64,000 nucleotides of DNA, from the NCBI GenBank assembly GCA_030654225.1, contig JAURXY010000034.1, positions 25,184 to 89,183 of the forward strand, given 5' to 3'. The translations under genes were made by a program, and so were the position numbers. This DNA comes from a bacterium. GTDB lineage: Bacteria; Patescibacteriota; Minisyncoccia; Moranbacterales; UBA2206. The first letter of the stretch is position 1, and every line of letters starts with the position of its first letter. The notes under the pieces were generated by a model. The model saw nothing but the letters and a program-made list of their open reading frames with translations. It made no database searches and had not been told where the DNA came from. Shown here piece by piece: positions 1 through 9,555 of this stretch.

Positions 1-169
1 TATCTCCAAAACAAAAATTGTTGACAATGGTCGTTTTGGAATCGCCAGATTGCAAAGAGCTGGAAATACTTCTTGGACAAAAAATTTGACTTTTGGAATC
101 GCTCCAGAATTTTGGGGAAATATTTCCGGAGACATTTCTAGTGTGCTTTATATAAAATAAACTAACAGA

Positions 170-1336
170 ATGAAAATCGCATTTATAGGACAAAAAGGAA
201 TACCAGCAAAATCCGGCGGGGTTGAAAAACATGTTGAGGAAATTGCCACCAGACTTGCCCAAAAAGGACATGAGGTTTTTGTATATGTGCGAAATAATTA
301 TACACCAAAAAATCTCAATGGATACCGAGGGATAAAACTCGTTCATCTACCAAGTATTCCAACCAAACACCTCGATGCAATCAGTCATACTTTTTTTGCC
401 ACTATTCACGCACTGTTTCAAAATTATAATGTGATTCACTATCAAGCGATTGGGCCAAGCTCACTAAGTCCAATTATTAAAGTATTTAAAAGAAAAACAG
501 CACTTATTGCTACTTATCACTGCCAAGATTATTTTCACCAGAAATGGAATTGGTTTGCGCGTACCTGTCTTCGCTTTGGAGGAGCAATTGCATCATTAGT
601 TCCTGATAAAACTATAACAGTTTCAAAAATTTTGGAAAATCATATTCAAAATAAATTCAAAAAGCAAGCGGTGGTTATACCAAGTGGAATGGATGTTTTT
701 CCAACTTCAGAGAGTCAATATTTAGCTAAATGGAATTTGCAAAAAAACAGTTATGTCTTGTCTGTTAGCCGATTAATTAGACATAAGGGCGTTCACTACC
801 TCATCGAAGCTTTCAAAAATTTGGAAGATCAACATCTAACGCGTGGGAAAAAACTAGTAATTATTGGTGATGGATTTCATACTGATGATTATGTAAAAGA
901 AATCAAGGATTTGTCTCGTGGCCGAGAAAATATCATTTTTACTGGTAGCCAATTTGGCGAAGCGCTTAACCAATTTTTTTCCCATGCCTACTGCTTTGTT
1001 CAACCATCAGAATCAGAAGGTTTGTCAATAGCTCTTTTGGAAGCTATGGGTTATGGAAAAGCTATTTTATCCAGTGATATAAAAGAAAATATGCAAGCAC
1101 TTAATGACGATATGAGCGTATCTTTTCACTCTGGCGATGTATATGACTTGGAAGAAAAGCTAGTTTTTTTAATAAATAATCCAGCATTGGTAAAAACGAT
1201 GGGAGAAAAAGCAATGATCAAAGCTCAAACAGAATTTAGTTGGGATAAAATAGTGGATCAGACTGAAGCTGTTTATGAAGATGTCTTATTTAAAAAAAGA
1301 AGGGTGCTATCAAGACAATATGGAAAAAATATTTAA
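170..1336 (+). CDS. Glycosyltransferase family 4 (GT-B fold)
   Basis: 388 aa ORF; N-terminal 'GIPAKSGGVEKHVEE' and C-terminal 'ESEGLSIALLEAMGYGKAIL' (EX7E-type) motifs typical of GT4 enzymes. Confidence 0.75.
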   Translation: MKIAFIGQKGIPAKSGGVEKHVEEIATRLAQKGHEVFVYVRNNYTPKNLNGYRGIKLVHLPSIPTKHLDAISHTFFATIHALFQNYNVIHYQAIGPSSLSPIIKVFKRKTALIATYHCQDYFHQKWNWFARTCLRFGGAIASLVPDKTITVSKILENHIQNKFKKQAVVIPSGMDVFPTSESQYLAKWNLQKNSYVLSVSRLIRHKGVHYLIEAFKNLEDQHLTRGKKLVIIGDGFHTDDYVKEIKDLSRGRENIIFTGSQFGEALNQFFSHAYCFVQPSESEGLSIALLEAMGYGKAILSSDIKENMQALNDDMSVSFHSGDVYDLEEKLVFLINNPALVKTMGEKAMIKAQTEFSWDKIVDQTEAVYEDVLFKKRRVLSRQYGKNI

Positions 1337-2210
1337 ATCAAAAAAATTCTATATTATTTTTATTTTCGCAACCGCGTTTGTTTTTTTGTTGTTTATTAAT
1401 CTAAGTCGCACCTATAAATCCCAAACCGATATTCTAATTATCTTTAAAAGTGAAAACTCTGCCCAAAATGCTAATATTATCTTAGAAAATCTAACTACAC
1501 TACCAAAATCACTCTCCTTTTATGATAGAGTGGTGCAAGATGAAGAAGATGCACAAAATGAAGCGATATCAGAATTGCCTGACTATAAAAGAAAAGATTA
1601 TTGGAATAGAATAGTTGAAATCAGAAGAGTGGGCAATAGTTCTGTTTTGGAATTTATTGCAAAGGATAATGATTCATACACAGCAGAAGTTCTAAGTACA
1701 CAAACAGTTAAGACTCTTTTGAGTGTCATTGGTGTTTATTATGACATCAAAAATGATATTGGTATTAGGATAATTGACGGACCCGTAACTAAAACTTCTT
1801 TTTCTGGTTCATATTTTTATGCATTTATTGAAAGCTTACTAGCTGGATTTTTCTTGGCTCTTATATTGAATTATTTTTTGTTTTTATCTGGGCAAGAAAA
1901 ACCAAAAGAAAAAATAAAAACAAATCTAATTTGGTCATACAAGGAAACACCGAAGGATGAAGTTAAGCAAGTTGCTATAAAAATAGAGAAAGCAAAGAAA
2001 CCAATAGCGATGGCTGAAGAATATATTCCTATTTTTTCCAAAAAAGCCGTTGCGCCAGATAATTTGCCAATTGTTGAAGATATTCCCATATTTGAACAAC
2101 CTCAAAAGGAAGAACCTAAAAAAGAGGAAGTAAAAACTCCGCTAATTCATGAAGCTACTGCAGAAGAAGTTAAGGAAAGATTAAATCGACTTTTGAGCGG
2201 GAAATTATAA
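1320..2210 (+). CDS. Hypothetical membrane protein with Lys/Glu-rich C-terminal tail
   Basis: ORF 1275..2210. An internal ATG at 1320 gives a start 17 nt inside the upstream gene's end. Two predicted TM segments. No recognisable family. Confidence 0.5.
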   Translation: MEKIFKSKKFYIIFIFATAFVFLLFINLSRTYKSQTDILIIFKSENSAQNANIILENLTTLPKSLSFYDRVVQDEEDAQNEAISELPDYKRKDYWNRIVEIRRVGNSSVLEFIAKDNDSYTAEVLSTQTVKTLLSVIGVYYDIKNDIGIRIIDGPVTKTSFSGSYFYAFIESLLAGFFLALILNYFLFLSGQEKPKEKIKTNLIWSYKETPKDEVKQVAIKIEKAKKPIAMAEEYIPIFSKKAVAPDNLPIVEDIPIFEQPQKEEPKKEEVKTPLIHEATAEEVKERLNRLLSGKL

Positions 2211-2214
2211 CATT

Positions 2215-3582
2215 ATGCCAAAACAACACTCCCTAAAATTTTGGATTATTTTTTGGTCAATCGCAATTGTATTTCTGGCCGGTTTATATTTTTTCTTAGA
2301 AGCTAAAAAACAACCTGGAAAAGTAATTTCAGGCGCAATTGACTTTCTTCCAATTGAGCTTTCACAAAAAACAGAATATAAATCTATCGCCTATTTTGCA
2401 AATTATCTTTTGGCGCAAGATGATATGGAAAAAGCTTTTCTGATTCTTTTTCAAAATAATATGGAGCTTCGTCCAGGAGGAGGATTTATTGGAGCTTTTG
2501 GAATTTTGAAAATTAAAAATGGAAAAGTAATTGAATTTCAATCACACGATTTGTCTAATTTTGATGGGAGAATTCCATCAAATATTGAACCTCCATATCC
2601 AATGAAAGAAACCTTGCGTATAGATTCATGGAAATTGCGTGATTCCAATTGGTCGCCAGATTTTTCCGAAAATGCCAAGAAAGCTGAGTATTTTTATCGC
2701 CTAGGACAAGGTCAAGAAAATTTTGATGGCATCGTAGCCATCAACACCAATGTGCTAAATTCTTTTTTAAAAATCACTGGGCCTGTCACTTTGCCAGATT
2801 ATCCAGGAGAATTTAACAGCGAGAACGCTGTGTTGAATTTAGAATATCAAGTAGAGAAAGGTTATGCTGAGCAAGGAATTGAAAAGGGTGAGCGAAAAAC
2901 TATCATGAATGAACTGGCTGATGTACTAATGGAAAAAGTTTTTACTTTAAATAATTCACAAAAATTTGATTTGGCTAAAATTATTTTGGAGGATTTGAAT
3001 AATAAAAATATTCAACTATATTTCAAAGATCAGGATTTGGAAAATCAAGCCGAGAACTCTCTTTGGGCCGGAGAAACAAATTCAACTTGGGCAGGGGATT
3101 ATCTGATGATGATTGATGCAAATTTGGCATCATACAAAAGTGACTATTATATCGATCGCTCTTTTGATTACACAATTAATTTGTCTGGCGAAAAACCAAT
3201 CGCAACTCTCAAAATAACTTATACACACAGAGGAAAAGTCCAAGATTGGATGACTAAGGATTATCAAACCTATCTGCGAGTTTATGCGCCAAAAGACGCT
3301 TGGCTAGAAAATTCTAATAATGTCGGAAAAATTAATTTTGGTGAAGAATTCGGCAAAAAATATTTCGGCACACTTTTTACCGTGCCACTCAACCAAACCA
3401 AAACTGTGGAATTTAATTATACGCTAAAAGATTTAGACACAGAAAATTATGATTTACTAATCCAAAAACAATCTGGTGTCTCGCAGCTCCCAGGGAAAAT
3501 AACAGTTATTAATAAAAATGGAGAAAGGAAAGGTTATGATGTGAAAGTTGAGAATGAGTGGAAGCTGAATGAACACAAATAG
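2215..3582 (+). CDS. Hypothetical membrane-anchored extracytoplasmic protein (possibly DUF4012-like)
   Basis: 455 aa; N-terminal TM helix; 'MELRPGGGFIGAFGIL' motif recalled from DUF4012-type envelope proteins. Sits beside the dTDP-sugar genes. Confidence 0.4.
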   Translation: MPKQHSLKFWIIFWSIAIVFLAGLYFFLEAKKQPGKVISGAIDFLPIELSQKTEYKSIAYFANYLLAQDDMEKAFLILFQNNMELRPGGGFIGAFGILKIKNGKVIEFQSHDLSNFDGRIPSNIEPPYPMKETLRIDSWKLRDSNWSPDFSENAKKAEYFYRLGQGQENFDGIVAINTNVLNSFLKITGPVTLPDYPGEFNSENAVLNLEYQVEKGYAEQGIEKGERKTIMNELADVLMEKVFTLNNSQKFDLAKIILEDLNNKNIQLYFKDQDLENQAENSLWAGETNSTWAGDYLMMIDANLASYKSDYYIDRSFDYTINLSGEKPIATLKITYTHRGKVQDWMTKDYQTYLRVYAPKDAWLENSNNVGKINFGEEFGKKYFGTLFTVPLNQTKTVEFNYTLKDLDTENYDLLIQKQSGVSQLPGKITVINKNGERKGYDVKVENEWKLNEHK

Positions 3583-3603
3583 AAAAATATTAAATTTAAA
3601 TAA

Positions 3604-3645
3604 AGAAAGCCTGCACTAAAATGTGGGCTTTATTTAATTTTTGGG
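3604..3645 (+). terminator. Hairpin plus T-run downstream of the 2215..3582 ORF
   Basis: aaagcctgcactaaaatgtgggcttt stem-loop followed by tttatttaattttt. Confidence 0.45.
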
Positions 3646-3816
3646 TGTGGTAGAATAGAAAAAACAAAAGATTCCTTCTCTCCCTTTTGGAGAGATGTCG
3701 CGTACTCGCGACAGAGAGGGAAGAGTTAAATTAAAAATAATAAAATAATCTTAGTTTCTCCCTCATCCGCCCTTCGGGCACCTTCTCCCGAAGGGAGAAG
3801 GTGGAAATGAAAAATT

Positions 3817-4362
3817 ATGGAATTTATAAAAACCACTCTAAAAGACGCATACATAATCAAACCGCAAGTTTTTGGAGATAATCGGGGATTTTTTTTGGAG
3901 TCATATTCCAAGAAAAAATTTAAAAAAGAGGGGATTGGCGCAGAATTTGTGCAGGACAACCATTCAAAATCAGAAAAAAAAGGCACACTTCGCGGACTGC
4001 ATTTTCAAATTCCGCCATATACACAAGCTAAGCTCATCCGAGTTGTAAGTGGCAAAATTTTAGATGTAATCGTTGATCTTCGCCGTGACAGTGAGACTTT
4101 TGGAAAATGGGAGGTTTTCGAGCTATCAGCCGAAAATTTTCAAATACTTTTCGTTCCGCAAGGTTTTGCTCATGGTTTTATGACACTAGAAGATAACACG
4201 GAAGTTTTATATAAAGCGGACAATTTTTATGAGCCTTCGCATGAAGGAGGAATTGCCTGGAATGATCCAGATTTGAAAATTAACTGGCCACTAGAAAATC
4301 CGATTCTTTCCGAGCGCGACACCAAATGGCCTAATTTGAAAAATTTAGATAATCCGTTTTAA
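3817..4362 (+). CDS. rfbC: dTDP-4-dehydrorhamnose 3,5-epimerase
   Basis: 181 aa; 'RGLHFQ', 'FVPQGFAHGF' and 'DNRGFF' motifs of RmlC cupin epimerases. Confidence 0.9.
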   Translation: MEFIKTTLKDAYIIKPQVFGDNRGFFLESYSKKKFKKEGIGAEFVQDNHSKSEKKGTLRGLHFQIPPYTQAKLIRVVSGKILDVIVDLRRDSETFGKWEVFELSAENFQILFVPQGFAHGFMTLEDNTEVLYKADNFYEPSHEGGIAWNDPDLKINWPLENPILSERDTKWPNLKNLDNPF

Positions 4363-4372
4363 TAAAAAATAT

Positions 4373-5431
4373 ATGAAATTATTAGTCACTGGTGGTGCGG
4401 GGTTTATCGGTTCAAATTTCATTCACTATTGGATCGAAAAACATCCGCAAGATTTAATTGTCAATTTGGACGCCTTGACCTATGCCGGCAATTTGGAAAA
4501 TTTGAAATCCATTGAAAGCCCGCCTCGCGTCGACGAGCGATCGTCTTCGCGAGTCGAGGCGGGTAATCCGAATTATAAATTTGTCAAAGCTGATATTTCC
4601 GACAAGGAAAAAATCAACGAAATAATTTCCACTGAAAAACCAGATGCAATTGTGCACTACGCCGCTGAATCGCATGTTGATCGCTCAATTTTAGGACCAG
4701 AAGCTTTTGTTCGAACGAATGTTTTGGGCACGTTTAATTTATTAGAAGCAGCACGCCAAAATGGCAACATCCGCTTTCATCACGTTTCCACAGATGAGGT
4801 TTTTGGCTCACTAGGCCCAAATGACGCACCTTTCAATGAAACGACGCCTTATGACCCCAGAAGCCCCTATAGCGCTTCTAAAGCGTCTTCAGACCACTTA
4901 GTGCGAGCCTATTTTCACACTTTTGGCCTGCCAATTACTATCTCTAATTGTTCCAATAATTTTGGTCCATTTCAATTTCCAGAGAAACTAATTCCACTAT
5001 TTGTAACCAATCTGATCGAAGGCAAAAAAATTCCCCTTTATGGCGATGGAATGAATGTTCGCGATTGGCTCTATGTCGAAGATCACTCCGGCGCAATTGA
5101 TCTAATTTTGCAAAAAGGCAAGATTGGCGAAACTTATTGCGTTGGCGGAAACACGGAAAAAAACAATAAGGAAATTACTTATAAAATTTTGGAACTGATG
5201 GGTAAGGGCGAAGAGATGATTGAATTTGTAGCAGATCGAAAAGGACATGATTTGCGCTATTCAATTGATTTTTCCAAGATTCAGCACGAACTTGGCTGGA
5301 CGCCAAAAACTTCCTTTGAAGACGGAATGAAAAAAACTATCCAGTGGTACAAAGAAAATGAAAGTTGGTGGAAAGAAATAAAATCTGGCGAATACCAGAA
5401 TTACTACGAGAAAAATTATAAAGATAGATAA
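4373..5431 (+). CDS. rfbB: dTDP-glucose 4,6-dehydratase (SDR) with an in-frame 15-codon palindromic insertion
   Basis: 352 aa; 'LLVTGGAGFIGSNF' Rossmann motif, YxxxK and 'LDALTYAGNLENL'. Extra 'PPRVDERSSSRVEAG' is encoded by the GC-rich palindrome at 4519-4563. Confidence 0.9.
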   Translation: MKLLVTGGAGFIGSNFIHYWIEKHPQDLIVNLDALTYAGNLENLKSIESPPRVDERSSSRVEAGNPNYKFVKADISDKEKINEIISTEKPDAIVHYAAESHVDRSILGPEAFVRTNVLGTFNLLEAARQNGNIRFHHVSTDEVFGSLGPNDAPFNETTPYDPRSPYSASKASSDHLVRAYFHTFGLPITISNCSNNFGPFQFPEKLIPLFVTNLIEGKKIPLYGDGMNVRDWLYVEDHSGAIDLILQKGKIGETYCVGGNTEKNNKEITYKILELMGKGEEMIEFVADRKGHDLRYSIDFSKIQHELGWTPKTSFEDGMKKTIQWYKENESWWKEIKSGEYQNYYEKNYKDR

Positions 5432-5446
5432 TGATTATACTTTTGA

Positions 5447-5475
5447 AAAAGACCCTTTTGGGGAGTCTTTTTTTA
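5447..5475. terminator. Hairpin between convergent rfbB and the 5473..7008 ORF
   Basis: aaaaagacccttttggggagtcttttttt. Stem-loop with a flanking A-run and T-run, so likely bidirectional. Confidence 0.45.
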
Positions 5476-7008
5476 TCCGCCGATTCCGAAGAAAGTAGTT
5501 TTTTCAGGAAAAGTTATGGAGAATAGATTAGCAATAGCATCTTTCGTGTCGATAAAATACATTTTTTCCAAAGCGCTATTGTAGATAACGAAAGGATTTA
5601 GCGTCTCTGTGTTAATGAGATCCATGCAATTGGCATGATCTCGCGGGTCAATTTCGATAATTTTTATCCATTTCCCTGAATTGAAAATAACATGTTCATA
5701 ATCCTTAAACCATTGAACATTTTTAATCGGCTCGCTATAGCGAGTGATATTTTGCATTTCATTTTCTTGGCGAATTGGCTGAGAAAGTTGTTCGCGTAAA
5801 AAATAGACCGAGATTTCATTATTTGACCAAAAAAGAATTTTTTTGCCATCATCAGAAAAATGGGCTTCTTCAATATTATTGGATAGTTTTCTAAAATAAT
5901 CTCCGTAATCACCCTTGTTGAAAATATAGAAATCCTTGTTTTCCAAAATCAAAGCAATCCTCGAATCATCATAAACTACTATGGAAGAAATTCTGACATT
6001 TTGGAAGCCGGGAAAATTATTTGTAATTTGGGCTGGCTCGCTTTTTCCGTCGAGACTATTTTTATATAACATTCCTGAGTTTTGAGCATAATAAACATAG
6101 GAGCCAGAAAGATCAAAACTAGAAACATCAGAAGCGATTTGAATTATATCTTGAGGATTCTTTATGTCCGCGCGAAAAAGAATATTATTTTCCAAGAAAA
6201 ACAAGAAGCCACTATCTCTTGGATCCCACCTAACATTATGAATATTTTTTTTATTCAAAATTTCTGTTAAGTTGAGATTGTTTTTATTGACAAAATCATA
6301 AATAAAATAGTTATATTCATATTCACTGAGTGTTTCATCGGCTGTTTTCTTTACTGGATTTTTCACGAGAAGAGTTTTTTCTTTTTGAGCAGTTGGTTCG
6401 ATTATTTTTTTAACTGGAACAGAAAGAAAAAGATTATCTGGCGACCACTCGATGTTTTCTTTTTTGGTATCTTCGATAAATTCCCAACCAGAAAAATTAA
6501 TTTCTTGATCAACTAGGCTCGTCGCTATATTGAAAATCTTTACTGTCAAATCATTTTCCTTTTTTGTGATATAGGCCAAAAGATCATTCTTTGGCGAGGT
6601 GAAAAATTTTTGAATTTCTGGGGTATTAAGTTCGGTTTTTTCATAATCCTTTCTGACAAGAAGCACATTCCAAAATTCACTGGCCAATCCACTGTGCACT
6701 TGGGTTTTTTTGCTCCAAGTTTGAAAATCTGGTGCTGAAACCTGAACATCATATTCTCCCGGAACAATGCCGGAGACATTAAAGGAGCTATTTATTCGAT
6801 TTAATTTTTTCGATTCAAAAAGCTCATTGTTTAGTTTTACATCAACGGTTTGAGGGTTGGATTTGAAAGTAATGGTTCCGCTATGAACAAAAACACCCCG
6901 ATTCTTGTCGAAGCGATAACCTTTGGCATTAAGGATAATAACTGGTACTGTCATTAGAAACAGTAGCACTAAAATCCAAAAAAACACTTTTCTTTTCCAG
7001 CTTTCCAT
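5473..7008 (-). CDS. Hypothetical secreted or membrane-anchored protein, possibly beta-propeller
   Basis: 511 aa; N-terminal signal/TM (FFWILVLLFLMTVPVIIL). The repetitive C-terminal region suggests TolB-like repeats. No firm family. Confidence 0.5.
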   Translation of the reverse strand: MESWKRKVFFWILVLLFLMTVPVIILNAKGYRFDKNRGVFVHSGTITFKSNPQTVDVKLNNELFESKKLNRINSSFNVSGIVPGEYDVQVSAPDFQTWSKKTQVHSGLASEFWNVLLVRKDYEKTELNTPEIQKFFTSPKNDLLAYITKKENDLTVKIFNIATSLVDQEINFSGWEFIEDTKKENIEWSPDNLFLSVPVKKIIEPTAQKEKTLLVKNPVKKTADETLSEYEYNYFIYDFVNKNNLNLTEILNKKNIHNVRWDPRDSGFLFFLENNILFRADIKNPQDIIQIASDVSSFDLSGSYVYYAQNSGMLYKNSLDGKSEPAQITNNFPGFQNVRISSIVVYDDSRIALILENKDFYIFNKGDYGDYFRKLSNNIEEAHFSDDGKKILFWSNNEISVYFLREQLSQPIRQENEMQNITRYSEPIKNVQWFKDYEHVIFNSGKWIKIIEIDPRDHANCMDLINTETLNPFVIYNSALEKMYFIDTKDAIANLFSITFPEKTTFFGIGG

Positions 7009-7062
7009 ATTTAATATACTACTATAGAAAGCGCATTTTGTCCAGAAACAGTTGACAAATTA

Positions 7063-7091
7063 GCGTCTGTGCGATATAGTATTTAGGTAAT
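7063..7091 (+). promoter_or_regulatory. Sigma70-like promoter (TTGACA-17-TATAGT) upstream of rplU
   Basis: cagTTGACAaattagcgtctgtgcgaTATAGTatt; exact -35 with a 17-nt spacer and a near-consensus -10, about 33 nt before the rplU ATG. Confidence 0.6.
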
Positions 7092-7123
7092 ATTTTACTT
7101 ATAACAAATTCATAAAAACAGCT

Positions 7124-7432
7124 ATGTTGGCAATTATAAAAACTGGTGGAAAACAGTATAAAGTTAATGAAGGCGACAAAATCAAGGTAGAAAAATTGGA
7201 AGGCGAAGAGGGGAGCAAGATCGTTTTTTCTGAAGTCCTTTTTTTGGGCGATGAAAAAGATGTCAAAATTGGAACCCCAATTCTTACTGGTGTCACAGTT
7301 GAAGGCACAATCCTGAAAACTGCTAAAGGCAAGAAGGTGACGGGAATTAAATTCAAACCAAAGAAAAGATACAAAGTTAAATTCGGACATCGACAAACAA
7401 TGACAGAAGTGGAGATTACTAAGATTGGATAA
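7124..7432 (+). CDS. rplU: 50S ribosomal protein L21
   Basis: 102 aa; 'IIKTGGKQYKV...KFKPKKRYKVKFGHRQ' is a typical L21 sequence. Confidence 0.95.
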   Translation: MLAIIKTGGKQYKVNEGDKIKVEKLEGEEGSKIVFSEVLFLGDEKDVKIGTPILTGVTVEGTILKTAKGKKVTGIKFKPKKRYKVKFGHRQTMTEVEITKIG

Positions 7433-7458
7433 AAAAAATTATCTTTTACTATTTCAAA

Positions 7459-7490
7459 AAAGTCTTGATTTAAATCAAGACTTTTTTTAT
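7459..7490. terminator. Bidirectional rho-independent terminator between rplU and recR
   Basis: aaaaaagtcttgatttaaatcaagacttttttt: a perfect 9-bp stem flanked by an A-run and a T-run. Confidence 0.7.
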
Positions 7491-8074
7491 TTCCTATTTA
7501 TTATCGCGCTTCCTAATGTTAGTTCATCCGCATATTCAATATCAGAGCCCGTAGAAAGTCCGCGAGCGAGTTTGGTGACGTTGGCAGAGGTCTCTTTTAG
7601 CATTCTGGCAATGTAGAGCGCCGTAGCATCGCCTTCGGTAGTTGGATTCATTGCTAAAATTATTTCTTCTATTTTTTCGCTCAATACTCTTTTTTGCAAT
7701 TCGTTTAATTTCAATTGACTCGGATCATCATTTTTTGTGATGCCCAATGTTCCGCCCAAAACATGATAGAGCCCGTCATATTTTTTTGTTCGTTCAATGG
7801 CAATTATGTCGAGTGGTTCTTCCACGACACAAATTTTCTTTTGATTGCGGGATTTTTGCGAGCATATTTCACATAATTTTTCTTCACTGATATTGAAACA
7901 TTTTTCGCAATAGCGCAAATTAATTTTCAAATTTGAAAGAGAATTTCCAAACTCAACTAGCATTTCTTTGTCTTGTTTGAAGAGATACAAAACCAACCGT
8001 TCAGCCATTTTTGGCCCGACCGACGGAAGAGAAGAAAAATAATCAATTAGTTTTTTGAAAGATTTTGGATACAT
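7487..8074 (-). CDS. recR: Recombination protein RecR
   Basis: 195 aa; N-terminal 'LPSVGPKMAERL' HhH, C4 zinc finger (CEKC...CEIC) and Toprim region. Confidence 0.9.
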   Translation of the reverse strand: MYPKSFKKLIDYFSSLPSVGPKMAERLVLYLFKQDKEMLVEFGNSLSNLKINLRYCEKCFNISEEKLCEICSQKSRNQKKICVVEEPLDIIAIERTKKYDGLYHVLGGTLGITKNDDPSQLKLNELQKRVLSEKIEEIILAMNPTTEGDATALYIARMLKETSANVTKLARGLSTGSDIEYADELTLGSAIINRK

Positions 8075-8075
8075 G

Positions 8076-9443
8076 TTATTCTGTGTGAACCCTCTCTAAT
8101 GATTTAAAAGTAGTAGAATTTTCTTGGAAATATAGAGAAAATCTGCCCACTGGACCGTTTCTGTGCTTTGCTACATGCACCTCGACAATATTTTTGTTTG
8201 GCGTATCTGGTTTTTCTCGGTCTTCACGATAGAGAAACATCACAACATCGGCATCCTGCTCGATTGAACCTGATTCACGAAGGTCAGAAAGTTTTGGAAT
8301 TTGCGGACTGCGAGATTCCACCGCACGAGAAAGTTGAGAAAGAGCGATGACTGGAATATTGAGTTCACGCGCCAATTGTTTCAAGGCGCGGGAAATTTCC
8401 GAAATTTCATTCACGCGATTGTCCCCACCACCATTTCGACCTTCCATAAGTTGCAAATAATCGATGATAATTAGTCCCACATTATGTTCTGATTGCAATC
8501 GTCTCGCCATAGTACGCATTTCCATCACATTGGCACTTCCAGCGTCATCAATGTAAATTGGCGCTTCAGAGAGTGTTCCCATTGCTTCACCAATGCGTTG
8601 AAAATCATCATCACCTTCACCAGTTTTGAGTCGTCCGGTACGAAGTCGCCACAAATCCACGCCCGACTGAGCGGAAAGCATCCTGTCAATCAATTGGTCG
8701 GCGCCCATTTCTAAGGAGAAAATACCGACCGGAATTTTTTCCTTAACAGCAATTTGACGAGCTAAATCCAAAGCCAAAGTAGTTTTTCCAATCGAAGGTC
8801 GAGCAGCTAAAATTACTAAATCTGATTTTTGAAAACCAGCCAAGATATTGTCCATATCAGGATACCCGGTTGGAATTCCGCGCAATTTATGATCACCCTT
8901 GTGAAGTTCATCGATTCGATTGAAAGCCGCTTCCAGAATTGATTTGATTGGCACAAAATCCTGTTTGATATATTTTTGTGAAACGCCAAAAAGTTTTTGT
9001 TCAGCCGTATCAAGAATTTTTTCCACATCTTCTTCTTCGCGATACCCGAGTTCCACGATTTCACTAGCGGTGATGATTAGTTTTCGCAGAGTGGATTTTT
9101 TTTGCACCACCTTGGCATAATGAGCAATATTTGAACTAGAAGGCACAGAATTTACCAGTTCAGTCAAATAACTAGAACCGCCAATCTTATCCAAAAGTTT
9201 TTTTTCTTCCAAACGATTAGACAAACTCAAAACATCAATCGGCTCACGCTGTTCATAGAGTTCCATCATTGCCTCATAGATGATATTGTGATCATCCCGA
9301 TAGAAATCACCCAATCGCACCAGATTAGCAATCTTTATGACTGCATCTTTGTCCAACATCAAAGCCCCCAAAACTGATCTTTCAGCTTCGATATTTTGCG
9401 GTGGAATTTTTAGGTCGTTGTTTGAAGATGTGTTCTTTGCCAT
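8076..9443 (-). CDS. dnaB: Replicative DNA helicase DnaB
   Basis: 455 aa; 'GIPTGYPDMD', Walker A 'ARPSIGKTTLAL' and 'IIIDYLQLM' motifs. Confidence 0.95.
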   Translation of the reverse strand: MAKNTSSNNDLKIPPQNIEAERSVLGALMLDKDAVIKIANLVRLGDFYRDDHNIIYEAMMELYEQREPIDVLSLSNRLEEKKLLDKIGGSSYLTELVNSVPSSSNIAHYAKVVQKKSTLRKLIITASEIVELGYREEEDVEKILDTAEQKLFGVSQKYIKQDFVPIKSILEAAFNRIDELHKGDHKLRGIPTGYPDMDNILAGFQKSDLVILAARPSIGKTTLALDLARQIAVKEKIPVGIFSLEMGADQLIDRMLSAQSGVDLWRLRTGRLKTGEGDDDFQRIGEAMGTLSEAPIYIDDAGSANVMEMRTMARRLQSEHNVGLIIIDYLQLMEGRNGGGDNRVNEISEISRALKQLARELNIPVIALSQLSRAVESRSPQIPKLSDLRESGSIEQDADVVMFLYREDREKPDTPNKNIVEVHVAKHRNGPVGRFSLYFQENSTTFKSLERVHTE

Positions 9444-9530
9444 AATTTTTTTCTTTATCGTTTATACATTATAGCAACTGACTAGTAAAAATCAACTTGC
9501 GCTTTTACCCAATTTGTGCGCAAGTTATTC

Positions 9531-9553
9531 TCATAAATTATCCTAACATTCAA
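9531..9553. terminator. Palindromic hairpin downstream of dus
   Basis: atcctaacattcaatgttaggat is a perfect 9-bp inverted repeat immediately 3' of the dus stop. Confidence 0.4.
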
Positions 9554-9555
9554 TG

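Noticed and set aside
3655-3815. The 160-nt structured GC-rich gap upstream of rfbC as a known ncRNA (SRP RNA, RNase P or 6S) or a riboswitch
   Set aside because: None of the conserved motifs of those RNAs is present. The region is better explained as hairpin repeat elements of the ctctccc/gggagag family.
3726-3986. 86-aa minus-strand ORF overlapping the rfbC start and the upstream hairpin region
   Set aside because: It is antisense to the well-supported rfbC, and a GC-rich hairpin element holds it open. It shows no coding signal.
4519-4563. Possibility that the palindromic inserts are cloning or vector artefacts, since they contain SalI, HindIII, SacI, NdeI and BsmBI sites
   Set aside because: Restriction-site content is an automatic by-product of short palindromes. 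Most families have at least two diverged copies in different contexts, one of them MITE-derived, and all keep host reading frames open. Biological palindromic elements fit this better. Read-level checks would still be prudent.
7022-7396. 124-aa and 91-aa minus-strand ORFs opposite rplU
   Set aside because: They are antisense to a highly conserved ribosomal protein gene, low-complexity and Phe/Ser-rich, as is typical of AT-rich antisense frames.
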